A stretch of 63,220 bases of DNA, the filler included, from Sphacelaria rigidula (lineage: Eukaryota), in assembly GCA_964200075.2 (NCBI GenBank). It is 5 parts of 5 records of this genome, joined end to end, with 100 filler letters (N's around TTAATTAATTAA, not from the genome) between each part and the next. Parts side by side here need not be neighbours in the genome. Positions count along the whole stretch, not along the records: positions 1 to 12,567 come from CAXNAA020003620.1; positions 12,668 to 25,232 come from CAXNAA020003621.1; 3 more parts are not named here. One strand, given 5' to 3'. The number at the start of each line of letters is the position of its first letter. Positions within the stretch are counted from its first letter, which is position 1. Under the pieces are notes generated by a model. That model was not told where the DNA came from, searched no databases, and worked only from the letters and a program-made list of their open reading frames with translations. A program made the translations under genes and the position numbers. Of this stretch, positions 1 to 13,510 are shown piece after piece.

Positions 1-700
1 GTCTTACGGACTTGACCGATCTTCCGGGGTCCTGCGAAAATACGACCCCAGGCTCTAGCTTTTCGGTGTTTTCGGTGTACCGACTCGATCCGGATTATAT
101 AAGTGAAGACTCAAAAACTTTTTTTTTTTTAATTCCACCTAGTCGCAGCGCTAAAGCAGGAAAACTATGTTTCTTGGACCATTTACGGTAAAAAAACACC
201 CTCCGGGTGAACGGGGTCTTTACCCGGTATCGCACCCACAACATCAACTTGGGCGATTGTAATTTGAGCACGGTTTGCTTATTTTGCCAAAACTATCGCC
301 GCTGGCACTTTCGAGTGCTCATGGACAATGTTGTGCAAAAAAATTGCAAAAAAATAGGCCATCCGCAGAAAATTCTAGACAGGTCTGTGCAGTATAGGAG
401 GGAAACACGATCTCGATCGTTATTGTGAAGAATTTTATACGTACGAATTCATCTGAATATTTACCGTTTCATCGCTGATGAGTGGGAAAACTGCTTACAT
501 TGGACAAAAAACGATCAATAACACCCCTGAATAACGGGGTATCTAATCCGTATCGCCCCAAAAACACCAACGTGAGCGCTGCAATTTGAGCGCGGCCTAC
601 GCTTTCTCCCTGAATCTACCGGCGCTAGCACTTTCGAGTAGTTGTGAAGAACAGTACTCCAGAAAAACTCAGAAAAAAGGACAACTACGAATTCTGAAAG
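1..700 (-). repeat. Family A repeat copy with an internally duplicated module
   Basis: Reverse-complement homologue of 12668-13220; the GCACTTTCGAGT module occurs twice (~306 and ~628). Confidence 0.8.
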
Positions 701-2832
701 CTTTTGATGCTGACTACTATAGCACGGCTGATGATCGAAATTGGTGATTGAGCTAAAGTGATTTTAGGGAACATGTGCTAGTTGGTAGGAGGTGTGGTTC
801 CCCATCACACGTCTTGACTCCCTTAACTCCCCGATAGACATGTTGCGGCCAACCCTCAAACCCGCTCACCCACCCACCTATCCACCCGCCCATCCCTGTG
901 TTGCTGTATCGCCTCACGACGCGCGCGAACGTGCAGTACGAACCTCGAGCAAGTGCGCCTCAGCCGGCGGGCAATGTGCATCGAAACCCCCACTGCAATC
1001 GCTGGATATGTTTCCCAATACGAAACGGTGATGTACAAGGTATGACCCCGCATATGCGCTGCAGACTCCGCGCCCATGGTGGAAGAGGCGCATTGAAATA
1101 AATGCACGAGTAGATTCTTTCGAGTACGGGGACCGCGTTGTTTTTTCAGTGCCGTAACACACAACGTCTCGAAGTACTAGTGTTTATTCCAATGGCGCTG
1201 GTGATGCTTGGGGCTTGTAGGAGCGGCCGGATTTTTTTTTATTTTGTTTGCCTGTTTGGTGCGATGCATCACCAGCGCTTCCAATGCAGGCGGTATATCG
1301 TGTCGCCGGATTGAATGAAGTAAACAACCTCACGCACTGCCACCGAGGGCCCATCGCAGAGTTGTCCTAGAGAGGTGAAGTGGGATAGCCGTTTTCGGAC
1401 AGATAAGCAGCTGCAGGAGGGTATGTAATGTAAGACTTGCTTCTGCAGTGGAGCGCAGAAATGTCTGTGCGGTACTGTGAAGCTCGGGGTGATGAGTGTA
1501 TCTGGAAACGAGGCGAGGACCAGCATGTGACCATCCCCTGTGTAAGGCGCAAGCAAAGTTGCGTGTCTTTTAGCAAGGTTCGAGTGCGTCTTGCTTTGTC
1601 GGTTGCCGCTACTGACCAAGCGTCTTCGGTCGGGGGTAATGGTGACGATCGGAAACAAGGAACTCCGGGAAAATTCAGAGCACGGCGACCAAACACACAA
1701 GTGTTCGAGTAGCTACATATAGCAGACGATAGCACAGCATCGTTCCACAGGTGGTTGCTCGTGGCCCGTGGGGTTAGTTGCGCGCAACGGAGTTCACCAT
1801 TGCAAGGAAGTCACGCGTCCGAAAACTTCTTTTCCCACCTGTTTCCACATTTTTACAATACCTGTAGGTACTTGTGCGATGCTGCTGCTGTTGCATCCCG
1901 TGAGAGGGTTTCTAGTCAGGTGACCTCGGGCGAACGCTGTCCCGGGTGTAGATCGAGGTTGGTACAGTAGGACAGGCGGTAGCTGCATGGCAGGAGTTCC
2001 CGGTTTATCCCCCCCCTGGCCTGTATGCAGCCATGCCCGTTTTACGCCGAGGTCGCGAGTGAGGAAAGTCCCGCAGTTTTTGGACGTCGTACATTGATCC
2101 CGAGCAGCATCATGCCCTCACTCACTACTAATAGTGCAGTCAGTGAGCGTGCTTCTTCGGCATGGGACAGAACGATCGCGTCAAGTCATTGTCTATATTT
2201 ACGAACTATTATTTTTCAGTACTGCTACTACTACTACCACCTGTTACCTCGTGTACTAGTTCGACAACTGATCTACTGATACAGGACCATCGAATTTGGA
2301 ATTGATTGTACAGTTTCCCGCGCAGTGAGTTTTCATGATGGCGAGCTATTGCATCGAGTGTTGTGCTTTGCGTACGGAACGTTGTTTGCCCATGCGATCG
2401 GTGTCGTCAGGATGGTTTCTTTGTCATGAGCTATCGAACCATCACAGAGCCTGTTTTGTCATATATATACATATATGTATATATTTTCCAACTAGAAGGC
2501 GTATGTTGTGAAATGAAGCCGTTGTTGGCCGATCTCGACGCCTAAAGAAGTCATTTCTCATATCATCGCGTGACAGCCTCGTGACCTTCCTGGACTGGCT
2601 TGCCTGTACATTGATTCAATCAGCTCTGGAGTTGTCAAGGCGTGCAAACGGCACAAAGGCGCCGCTTCTGTAACGAGTGTACGTTTCAATCGCCGGAAAA
2701 GACGCTGGTGGGGCTACACTTGACTTCATGATACCCAATACGCATACGTGAGGTCAAAGGAAAGAACAAGTCGGGAATATTGACATAATTAGTTCTCCAC
2801 GAAGAATAATGAAGCCGAATTGCGTTGCAGCA

Positions 2833-3183
2833 TGTGTGTGGGTGTGTTGTAACCCCATCTATTCTTGACGCCGGTCTACACCTTCCGGTATACGTGGGCG
2901 CACCAGCCGAGGTCACATTGAAGGAAGGCTCACACGGGAGTTTCTCTTTTCTGTCCGTTTTTTGTTCTTCACCTTCCTGCTGCGGTGCTTGCCTTTATTT
3001 TTTATCGCGAGAGGGGTACAGCAGTCCATTTCTCTCGTCACCATTAAGTCGAACTTTGTGTACCGACGACATGGTCGCTCTCCACTGTTGGGCCTTGTGT
3101 GAGAAAGAATCCGAGATCGCTCCGAGATTCGAACACACGACCCAACCGTCAGAAGTTGCCGAGGTTACCAAGCGACCCACCGG
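2833..3183 (-). mobile_element. tRNA-derived SINE, family 1 (second copy 4755-5106)
   Basis: Minus-strand head with A-box-like GGTGG..C..TT.GTAA and B-box GTTCGAATC; body shared by both copies; CA-rich tail. Confidence 0.8.
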
Positions 3184-3703
3184 TCCAGCATGCCACAGTG
3201 AATGTGCAGCATGTTACCCATTTTCACGGCTACGGCTCGAGCTACATATGGCTTCCGAACTCTTCGTATGTCTGAACTATGAAGAAGCTCCCTACGTGTT
3301 CAGCATGAAAATTGTTCGGCTGCAGAGGCTGATTTCGAGTAGTTTGATCTTGTTTAGCCCTTCGCGGCGCAGCAAATGAGCAAGTGCGATGCATGACTTG
3401 GATTTGAGTGGGTTCGGTAAATTGAAAACAATACCGTACGAGCCCAGAAGTGCGCTGTTCTGCTCTGCGATGTGCTTGTGTTCCCGTTCCAGTTCCTCGA
3501 TACCCAGGTCAACGAATGAAGGATGCGTGCATGAGTTCCAAATACCTCGTCCCCGCTTCGGGTGCGGTCGTGCTGTGCCATGCCGTGCAGATGTCACTCT
3601 CCTTGTTTCACTACCGAGCACCATCACAGACGATACATGATACATGATGATGCACGTATATGGTGTGCTACTGCCGTGCTTTTTTGACGATCCTCGCTTT
3701 CAG

Positions 3704-3862
3704 GTGCTCTTGGTGCTCATGGAGTGCCACAAGAAGGGAGTCTTCCACCTTGATATTGTCCCACACAACATCGTCTTGGAGTACGCTTCCGCCGAAGGAA
3801 TGAGTCAAGTACATGTCATCGACTTCGGCTCATCCAGGATGTGCCCCAGAGCCGAAAGAGAG
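3704..3862 (+). pseudogene. Ser/Thr protein kinase exon (subdomains VIa-VII), probably part of a degenerate CAMK-group-like kinase spanning ~1400-6270
   Basis: VLLVLMECHKKGVFHLDIVPHNIVLEY..VHVIDFGSSR; TTTCAG acceptor, GTGTGT donor. Weaker collinear relics: GTVKLGV (~1471), ELF..LNYEEAPYVF (~3257), EFCG (~4231), VGVIC..GVP (~6055), AAYLASVLLRV (~6184). Confidence 0.75.
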
Positions 3863-4627
3863 GTGTGTATGAGCGTTCGGCGTGCAGTACACGCACGGCT
3901 CGATGCATGTCTCTGAGAGCCAGTTGGGGTCGTGTGTGTTGTCATGTCATCTATTATTCTAGACTCCGGTGTACACCGTTCGGTATATGCGAATTTTGTG
4001 TTAGCACGACAACTCTACGGCGGGAAAATAAAGCAGAACTGTTGAAAACATATTCCACCATCGGCCTAGCATCGACAAGTCAATCTCCAACTGCACGACC
4101 CTCGAGCAAAAAACGCCAACTCGTAGTAGCAAAGTGAGACATGGGTGACGTGAAGGTACCGGTTTTTGAGGTCTCGGAGAAGGGTCGGAGGACGAGCAAC
4201 CATCTGCGTTGGGAAAGAGTGATGACCGATGAATTTTGCGGTCGCAGTCTTGCTAGCATTTGTCATCAATCTGATCGTAAATATAAGGTACATGTACACG
4301 TGGCCCTAGACTTTCATGATTGATTTAATTAATTAATTGATTGTCGCACTTTAACTGACCCCCCCCCCCCCGGGGTTTAGCCGGGGTCTCATGATAGACG
4401 TACCCAAGAAAAAAGAAACTCAAACACGCTCTAAGGAAATAAAAAATAAAAAAGAGAGTGGTCGAACAAAACGACATGTCAGACTAAGTCGTGCCAAAAA
4501 AAGTAATAAAAAGTCAACACAAGCAAAGCACAGAAAGAAATGGCCGACCTTGAGCAAATTCATGTGCGTTATTTTGTCTAAATGACCAGCCCGGCGAAAA
4601 CCTGCTGGACTTCGTGCACACACACCG

Positions 4628-4750
4628 ACTGTACTGCACTGTACTGTACTGTGCTGTGCTGTGCTGTGCTGTACTGTATGATGTACTGTATATTGCGCCG
4701 TGCTGTATGTATACTGTACTGTGCAAAGTATTGTAGTGCACTGTAGCACT
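4628..4750. repeat. (CTGTA/CTGTG)n pentamer microsatellite; similar tracts at 7570-7660, 26020-26250, 47135-47395
   Basis: Directly visible. Confidence 0.9.
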
Positions 4751-7700
4751 ATTTGTTGTGTGTGTGTTGTCAATGCCGTCTGTCCTGGGCGGCCAGGTTT
4801 CCCCTTTCGGTACATGTGGGCTATTCAGCCGGAGTCATACGTGAGGAAGGCCAACACAGGAGCCTTTTTTTGTCATCTATTTTTCTCTCCACCCACCTTC
4901 TGCGCTGCCCTATTTTTTGTCGTGAGAGGGGTTCAGCAGTCCCTTTGCCTCCTCGACCGTGAGGCCGAATGTTGTGTACCATCGGCATCGTTGCTCTCAA
5001 CTGTTGCGCATGGTGTGAGGAGAAATCAAAGATCGCGTGACTGCACAGAGATTCGAACCCACGACCCGACCGTCAGAGGGTTTCGAGGTTACGAACTGAA
5101 CCACCAAGAGTGACCAGTGAGGTTTTACTGTACTGTAAAGTATATGGTACTGCTGTACTGGAAACTTCACCGTATGGAGTACTATACTGTACGGCACTGT
5201 TATGGGGGTGAATGGGGAACATGACGACGAAAAAACCACATAAACATCGAAAGCGCAGAGGAACATATGAACACACCATCAGCTGGCCGGACCTCTGCCG
5301 GACAGAACACACGCGCTTCACACCTGATACACTTGAGTTAGTATGCGACAGCTGTAGCACTTTTTTTATCGTGCTTTTCTCGACACAGGAAGCAAGCAGG
5401 CCTGTGGCACTCACTCCACAGCCCCCCGCACACACGCAAAAGCTTGAGAATCCTGTCGGCGAAATATTAGTTCAGGGAACCCCGAAAGCCCCAGAAAATG
5501 AAGGGAAAAAATCACCCTGTTTCGAACATTTGAGTTTGGTGCGGCTTTGTGTCACCCGTGTAGGAAAACGCCAGGTTGATCCAGTGTGGGTGTGTGGGAA
5601 GCGCACGCAACAAACTGCAGCCCAATCCTCTGCTTCGCCGAGAAAGCCGCGTTAAAAAATCGGCAATTTTGGGTGGAGGACCAGCAGCGGATGTATACAC
5701 TTGTTGAAGAGTTGATATGGGAAATTCAAAGAAAACTGGAAAATCGAAACAGGGACGATGTTCGTGACTGCCTGTGTGTACTGAAGGCCGTTATTATCGA
5801 CACATTTTTTTCGGATATTGCCAGGAGTTTAGGCGTTTTCGCACCTGGCGCTTGGCGTCCTCCGAAAATGAATCGGCTAGATTTTTCGCCAAGCCTTCAC
5901 GTTTGGCGAACGCCGAATATTTCGGACCGCAGCGCAATACTCCGCAGAGCTGCCCTTGGCGCACGCCGTGGCGCTCGCAAGCATGCGAGAATCATCAGGA
6001 ACCTTGCTAGTGACAGACATCCTGGCCTATGTCGTGGAGTAGAGAGCACCGCGGGTTGGCGTTATCTGTCTCCTTAGACGGGGTGTGCCCCGGCAGCGGT
6101 GTTGGAGCTGTTGGGGCCAAGCACGGTGGTCATCGTCAGCAGACATGCGCGCTTTTGAAGCGAAGAGCAGAAACAATCCAGTAGCTGCCTACTTGGCTTC
6201 AGTGCTGCTACGAGTGTACGCTACCGCACCGGGTGAAAAGTGTATAGCTGGTGGTATAATCGGGTGTATCTGCGCATACAACTCACATGAAGCAAGCATG
6301 CTGCAATCTATGCACGGGGCTTTTTACAGTCAGTATTTTCATTCATGTGTGCTGCTGCAGCGTCCCGAGAGACCCGGTCGATCACGCCCTAGCCTATTCG
6401 ACTGCCCCCCCGTGTCACAGAGAGGTCGTGAAAATGATGTTTACCACGGTTGTGAACGCCGTACACGGGCAGGTAGCGTGACCCCGCCCTTTTTTTTTTT
6501 GCCGGCGAAGGTAAGCAAACGACGAGATCCGCACCATCTGCAATGGGATATCGAACAGCAACAACAGTAGATGTAGATAATACTGTAATGAGCCTCAGGC
6601 GATTGCCGAAATTTCAGACCTTGTCCCATTTTTTGTATTTGTCGGTAAGAAAGGCCCCAAGAAACGAGATGTCAACAACGCCTTCTCGCCGTTCTTCATT
6701 TCCAAGCAAATGCTTTTTCTTGTAGCAAAAAAAATGTGACGACCTTGCATCACCTTGCACGCCGCCAGCTGCTGCTTTGTTCTGCGCTGCTGTACACAAA
6801 AAGCACTTCCGCTTTGGAAGAGCGAGTGCTCTCCACATTTTGAGTTGCAGAGAGCGAAATCACAGGTGGGAGTTTGCTCTTTGGTCTCAGATAGTTCCAG
6901 CGTACACTCGAAAGCGTTAAGAGCGATTTCAGTTCTCGTGAAAACACTGGGTGGTCAGGTTCCCCCCCCGACGGTCTATGAATGCTGAACATAAGATACA
7001 CTATCTGGGCAAACGTTCCACTGCTATGGCTGTGGTGTGTGCCGGTCACAACTGCTGCTCTCCGTATTTTTGCACGGTGATGTTCGCAAGGACGGTGAGC
7101 GTGGTGTGGTGGGTTGTGCGACGTTTGCCTCCCGAGTGCGACAGCTTCTGTTTTAGCATTATGCTCGTGCAACAATATCGGAGCAACAGCTTCCATAGAT
7201 TGCACGGTTAGGACAAATCATCACGACTCAAAATCACCAAATTCACGATTTCTTCGGCCTGATTGCCCAAAAATGNNNNNNNNCCTAGGGATTGATTCGT
7301 CACGAGTCGACTCATACTAAACCCAAGTAATTTCCAGACGAATCATTATTTGTCCGACCCTTGATAGATTAATGAAACAACGGCCACTCAGGAAGCGTAC
7401 TTGTTTCATGGTACATTTCATATGGGCCGGTACACTATTTTGAGGTGACGTGCGTATTTGCACTTGATATGATTCGCTAGGTTGCTATCTTTTTTCCCTG
7501 CGGACAGCGGTCGATGCGCACTTTCCCGAAATATAATGCGCAAAATCGGCCTTCCTTCACCCCCGTAACTATGCTGTACTGTACCAACTGTGATGTACCG
7601 CAATTGCACTGTAATTTACTGTGTTGTTCAATGTACTGTGCTGTACTGTACTATGTAGTTGTGTTGACTCCGCGGCGCGATGTTCACAGAAAGTAACCCG

Positions 7701-8483
7701 CGATACGAGTATCTGATTGACATGCGTGACGTCGAAGGGTGTATGAGAAACGCCTTGGTGTACCGTAGTGTTTGATGATTGGATAGACGGTGCGGTGCTA
7801 TGTTGGTCGCGCCGGCTGCTCGTGAAGCCGGCGCTCTGTTCTCTGCGCAAACGAAGTGACCCCGGAGCACGAAAAGCAACCACCCGTGTCTGTGGCACCA
7901 AGAAGCGATCGGTGTTGCTGCCCGCCAACGCTACACCCAACACACTTCTGATCAGGCGTGTCGAGCGGAATTCTTGTTTTCGACGGAACAAGATGTTGAA
8001 AACTGCTTGGAGCTTGAAAGTGCCGCCTTTTGCAATGTGTCGATCTGCCGGCTATTTTCTCGTGGAGTTTGGAACTCGATTACCCCTCCCGCGTAGCAGC
8101 TCGGAGTCAAGGGCAGACTACTCTCTCGATCGTTGTGTAAAACGGGGTGATTTCGACCTTTTTCGCCGGAGGTGCTCATTTTTTGTTTCAATCACGCCGT
8201 CTCGCTCAAAGGAAGCCGTCGGCACAGGTTGGGGAGTATTGTAGGTCATCTGCATCGAAAGAATCGTATTGGAGCATTGGAGTTGCCGTATCATCGTGGA
8301 TAAACTGGGTCTCGCAGCAGGCGTCTCCCCTGGTGCGTGGACGGGCAGACTCAGACTCTCCTCTCCCGTGAAGAATAATAGAATAGGCACGACTTTCGTT
8401 TGCTTTTTCCTTGTTTGGCAGAGCAAGCACACGCTAGTGTAACTATCCAGACACCCAGCTAACCGTACAGCTTGCGTACTTTT

Positions 8484-10086
8484 CAGGGGCCTCCATGTTA
8501 CACGTCCACGTTACGTTCGTAAAACTAACGTTCACGTTACTTTTCGCTTGGCACGTGAAGAAGAAAAATCGACGTAACGCAAACGTTTCGTTTGCAAATT
8601 TAACGTTACGTTCACGTTTCGTGTGGCAACTTGACAAAAAATAGTGTCACGTCGCGTTACACGCAGCGTAATATGAAACATTTCATTGACACGTGTAACG
8701 GTCGAATGTGAGTTTCATTCTGTGCATGTCGCTGCTCATGTATCAGTGTTTGAGGCGTTGTAATGCGTCGTGTAACGCGTGACGTTACCGTATACGTGAC
8801 ACTGGCAGTGGCCCGTTGTATGTTTGAGCGTAGACGCATTACCTGATTGTGTAACGTTACTTCTGTCTACAGTGTATCGTTCATTGTTTCTTTACCGTAA
8901 TATTTTGATATCTCCTCTTTTTTCATTTTTATCTTCTTGATTTCAATTTTCAGTTCCCAAATACTTGGTCATTCGCACGACAGCACATACTGTACACACA
9001 ACAGACCGTGTACATGGTTGAAGGCCGGCTTGAGTCGTCCTGGGCGTTTTGCAGACAAGACTCCCTTAGTTCTATACATGTAAATATGTACACATGGACA
9101 AGCAAGATAGTGAATCACGGCCGTCAAGAAGGCAGGCGTACTCATGTATACATGTATGTATGTATGTATGACAGGTTTACACCGCGGTTCAAACAATCAA
9201 TCCATTTGTCTAGGCGGGAAAATTGTATCCTTCCATATGTAATTCACCCACACCTTTTATTATGACCGATCTTGCGCCGTTTTTGATATTTACTTCGGGA
9301 GCCCACCTGTTTCTAATGTGAGAAATTACGTGTGTTTGCAAATGATGTAAAGCCTGCAGGTGTACTGTAGTGCAGGCAGAAGTCATATGCTCTGCATCGT
9401 GCACCTGGGCGTAGCCTTGAACCTTACAGTCAAGACGGTGTAGAACCAAAGACATCACCGACATCACCGCTGCCAAATGCGGGCCTGCCTCCCGTTGTGG
9501 CGAACAAATGATTGTCTACGTCGTACTACTGTGTGTGCCAAGTACGAGGTGTTGGTATCCTTGTACTGCTACTACCTGTTGTGTTCGCAAAGTACAGCAG
9601 CCACCTCGTGCTGTGTTCGCAAGTACATGGCAACCTTGCACTACTGTACTGTGCTTTGAGTGTGCAGCCTGTGCCTGCAACCTTGCACGACTGTGATCGC
9701 AGAGTACAACCTGCAGTCGGAAATACCGTAGTACATGTTTGCAAGTACAGCCTGCACTTGTCCCGTGTTTGCAAGGTGTAGCCTGTTCTTGTACCGTTGC
9801 ATAGTAGTCATTTTGTCCTCTAGGATTTCTAAATTCTTTGCAAACTTGAAGTATGCACCGCTTCATGTAACGTGTGTATGACATCTCATGAAACGTGGAA
9901 CGTGATATGGAACGTTTCATGTGAGGTGACACGTCTAATGCACGTGTAACGTGTAGTAGATGTTCCAAGTTTCGCGAAACGTTTCATATCACGTGTTTCG
10001 AACGTTTCAAGAATTTAACGTTCACGTTTCGTTTCGTTTGGCGCGTGAAAAAATGCCGACGTGAACGTGTGACGTGTAGACCCCTG
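8484..10086. mobile_element. hAT-like non-autonomous element with ACGT-rich subterminal arms
   Basis: CAGGGG..CCCCTG termini; 8-bp flanks GTACTTTT/GTATTTCT (6/8); arms 8484-8860 and 9860-10086 dense in AACGTT/CACGTG; isolated arm copy at ~51555-51945 (opposite orientation to the left arm). Confidence 0.75.
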
Positions 10087-10824
10087 GTATTTCTACCCGG
10101 AGCACCTGTCCGTATATTCGAGCAGCGAGCGTGTGGATCGGCAGTGTACTCACGACAATGGAGTGCACGTGGAGGGCTGTACGTTTCAGCTCGGCAGTCC
10201 ACACCCGCGAATATGCGTGATGATGAACCGGGACTGCTGTGCAAGGAAGCAAGCCATGTATCGGCGAGTGTTTATCTCGTCGCAGTTTTGATGTGATACG
10301 AGCTCGTGCCAGGCGGGTGTGCTACAGGACCAACAGCTGCGCTGTGCTAGATCGTATTGGCGCGTGCATGGTCCCCAGCTCGTTCATGGCGCCACAGTAA
10401 TGCGATCCTTGCTCTTCTGTGGTCGTTGTTGTCGTATTTCCCACCAACACAGGGAGACGCCTACATGTCCGAACCCGGCGATGAGTGGGTATCGTACCCA
10501 ACGCACACGCGCCCCTCAACTGTGGACCACCTGCAGGTACGTGGGGCTGAGCGGTGTTCACGGGTCATGCATTGATGTTGTCAACAGGCTGAGTGCACTG
10601 ATTTGAGACATGAAGAGGTGTGTGTTTTTCCATTTTTTCAGTCGAGGTTCGAGAGTTACGACCTGGAATAGGTGCGAATGGACAACTCCCCCGCCGTCAG
10701 TCTTATTTTTTCGTTTTCTTGTCACATGTTCGAGTGCATTGGACTGAAACAAGGCGTGCCCTCATGTCAGGAATGCCATAAATAGAAGAGGGAAAAATGA
10801 GAAAAGAAAGAACGCCGCAGAGTA

Positions 10825-12029
10825 CGAGCTGGGCCAGCCTAAAAGCGGATTTCAGCTCTAAAAGCAATATTTCATCGACACAGACGAGTTGGGCCGTGAT
10901 TCGCATATCGTATTAATCGTCTAACCGAGGCGAAGGTGCCCATCTACTCAAAAGTTTGGGCCCATATTTTCTCGTTGATTAAACCCCATGTCTAGCAATT
11001 CCTATACTTAACGGAGATGGCGTCCAAACTAGAATCTTCATGAACCCCCCGATCGATGCATTCAGCGGATGACGACGAATTTTGGTGTGGACATTCTCTG
11101 CAGCAAGGGGGGACGATAAATACCCTCACGTTGACCTAATTCATCATCTATCCCGAGGTATGGCGCCCATAAGTTTCCATACTAGAATCAATGTATTACA
11201 AGCAGAGGCACTAGATGCCCTGAATCTGGATATCGCGTCTCAGTTTTCGAGAGTTGTGCCATAAAATTTGGTATGGTGAACCGCTAGTGCATATTAGAAG
11301 AAATAAACACAGCTTGTTACGCTTCCTCATTTGTTTCATTTTTTTTTTTTCATTTTTTTCGTGTTTTGAGTGGAGTTTGGAGGAGAAATGAACATTGCTC
11401 TTGGGCCCTATTTCATTGTTCCAGCTCAATTTTTAGAACTTTGATTTGAAAGTTAGCGTGGAGAACCACAAAAGTGTGTCGAATAGGAATAAATATGGGC
11501 CTTAATTTTTTTTTTTTCATGAAGGTCAGGGCGTTCTCGTGAAGAAATGGTCTCTACCATACTTGAACGCCCTCAAGCAGTGAAAAAATGAATGAAAAAA
11601 ACTGTCCCACTGATTTTTGTCAATAATGCCGTAGCGAGGGCCCACACAAAATTTCAATACACAAGAACCAAACGTGGGCCGGTGAGTGGCCTGCGAAATA
11701 CTGTTCCGAATTTCTACCGAACCGGTTTTTGAAAGGCGAATGTGCCGGCCGATATTCAGAGTTGGAGCGTCAGATTTGGTATGGAGAATGTGTAGGGCAT
11801 GAAAAAAACGGGGAAAAAAGCACCGCGAGTTTTTTTTTTTCGCGAGATGAGGGTATTTTAGTGTTACTGATACTTGACTCACGAAACAAAATCCCTCGTG
11901 GTGCTTCTTTCAGATTTTTTTTTTTATGCCCTATGCATTGTCCATACCAAATTTGAGGCTCCAACTCTCAGCATTGGCCTGCGCATTCGCGTGTAAACTT
12001 CCGATCCGCCTCTGGACTAGCCCAGCTCG
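10825..12029. mobile_element. Non-autonomous member of the CGAGCTGGGC-TIR family with TA duplication
   Basis: TA-CGAGCTGGGCCAGCC..GGACTAGCCCAGCTCG-TA; internal inverted repeat ~11735-11810/11920-11995. Partial copies start at 28014 (to ~28440) and 38251. Confidence 0.88.
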
Positions 12030-12567
12030 TAGGGGTGAGCTTCCAGTTGTCGATTCGCACGTGTTCTGGATATTTAATTAGGCGTAGCCCTCGAATGTTG
12101 AGGAGGAAAATTCAAACCTGAGTGAGTTTGGTGACTCGGAGCGATTTCGACCCTAGTCGCTGGCATGTCGACATACTCGGCCGACTCTTCTGTTTGTAGA
12201 TGTTCCTCGGGTTTCATCACAATTCACTGCCTTTGATAATCAGACGCGCCTGCTGCTGCCCGTGACTTTTGAGGTCCTTACTCTGATGAATCGCGCCAGA
12301 GATCACACGCTCATGTCAAGCTAGGCGAGTGGGGGAAGAACTCTGTGGGGCCACTTGTTCGGGGGGCAAAAATGATCGCAATAATATTGGAGGAAAACAA
12401 CGGAAATATCCGACACCGCAATGATGGCGCCCACAAACTTGCGCTGCTCTCTCCCAGGTTTGGGGTTCTCATTCGGAAATCCGAGAGAGGGACTCAAACT
12501 AGGCGCTCATCTTGTGCGACTTGGAGGTAGTATGAGGACAGACGCTGGCAAGTGAAATTGGTTCAAA

Positions 12568-12667
12568 NNNNNNNNNNNNNNNNNNNNNNNNNNNNNNNNN
12601 NNNNNNNNNNNTTAATTAATTAANNNNNNNNNNNNNNNNNNNNNNNNNNNNNNNNNNNNNNNNNNNN
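12568..12667. other. Artificial 100-nt concatenation linker N44-TTAATTAATTAA-N44 (same at 25233-25332, 37897-37996, 50559-50658)
   Basis: Four identical linkers with a core giving stops in all six frames; the flanking pieces descend in length 12567/12565/12564/12562/12562 nt. Confidence 0.97.
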
Positions 12668-13510
12668 ATACGGACTAGATACCCCGTTTATCAGGAGGGT
12701 GTTATTGACCGTTTTTGGTCCAATAAAAACAGTTTTTCGGCTCTTCCGTAGCAAACGGTGAATATTCAGATGAATTAATGCGTATACAACTCTTCACGAT
12801 AACCATCGAGATCGTGTTTCCCTCCTATACTGCACAGACCTCAGTCTAGCATTTTGTAGGGATGGCCTCTTTTCGTTTTTATTTCGCAAAAAAAATTCCA
12901 TGAGCACTCGAAAGTGCTGGCGTCGATAGTTTTGTAAAAAAAGGCAGACTGTGCTCAAATCGCAATGCCCAAGCTGGTGTTGGGGGGGCGATACGGACTA
13001 GATACCCCGTTTATCATGAGGGTGTTATTGATCGTGAATGGTCCAAGAAACATAGTTTTCCGGCTGTAGCACAGTGAATAGGTGGAATTCCAAAAAATTA
13101 ATTCTTTTTGAGTCTTCACTTATATGACGGGATCGAGTCGGTCCACCGAAAATTCCGAAAAGCTAGAACCTGGGGTTGCACTTTCGCAGGACCCCCGAAG
13201 ATCGGTCAAGCCCTAAGTCACTCAATATTGATCGCAGATAGTTTTTCCTTCAATATTTGTCAAGAGGATAAAAATATCTCCTGTTGCCGATTTTTTGGCA
13301 TCCAACAGTCACTGTGAAGAACGGTGGCAAGCGAAACAATTTTGGAAAATCTATGGGAAACTAAGAAATTAAGAATTCTGCATACTTCTGACGCTGAATA
13401 CTGTAGGTTTTATTTGATACTCACGCCAAAATGCGGCATTGTCGGAACTGTACACCCGTGAAAGCTTTGGAAATGGCGCACTTGGTTGATCGCATGACCG
13501 TCTCTTGCCC

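Noticed and set aside
12612..12623. TTAATTAATTAA as a biological motif
   Set aside because: Always centred in 44+44 N; an artificial linker.
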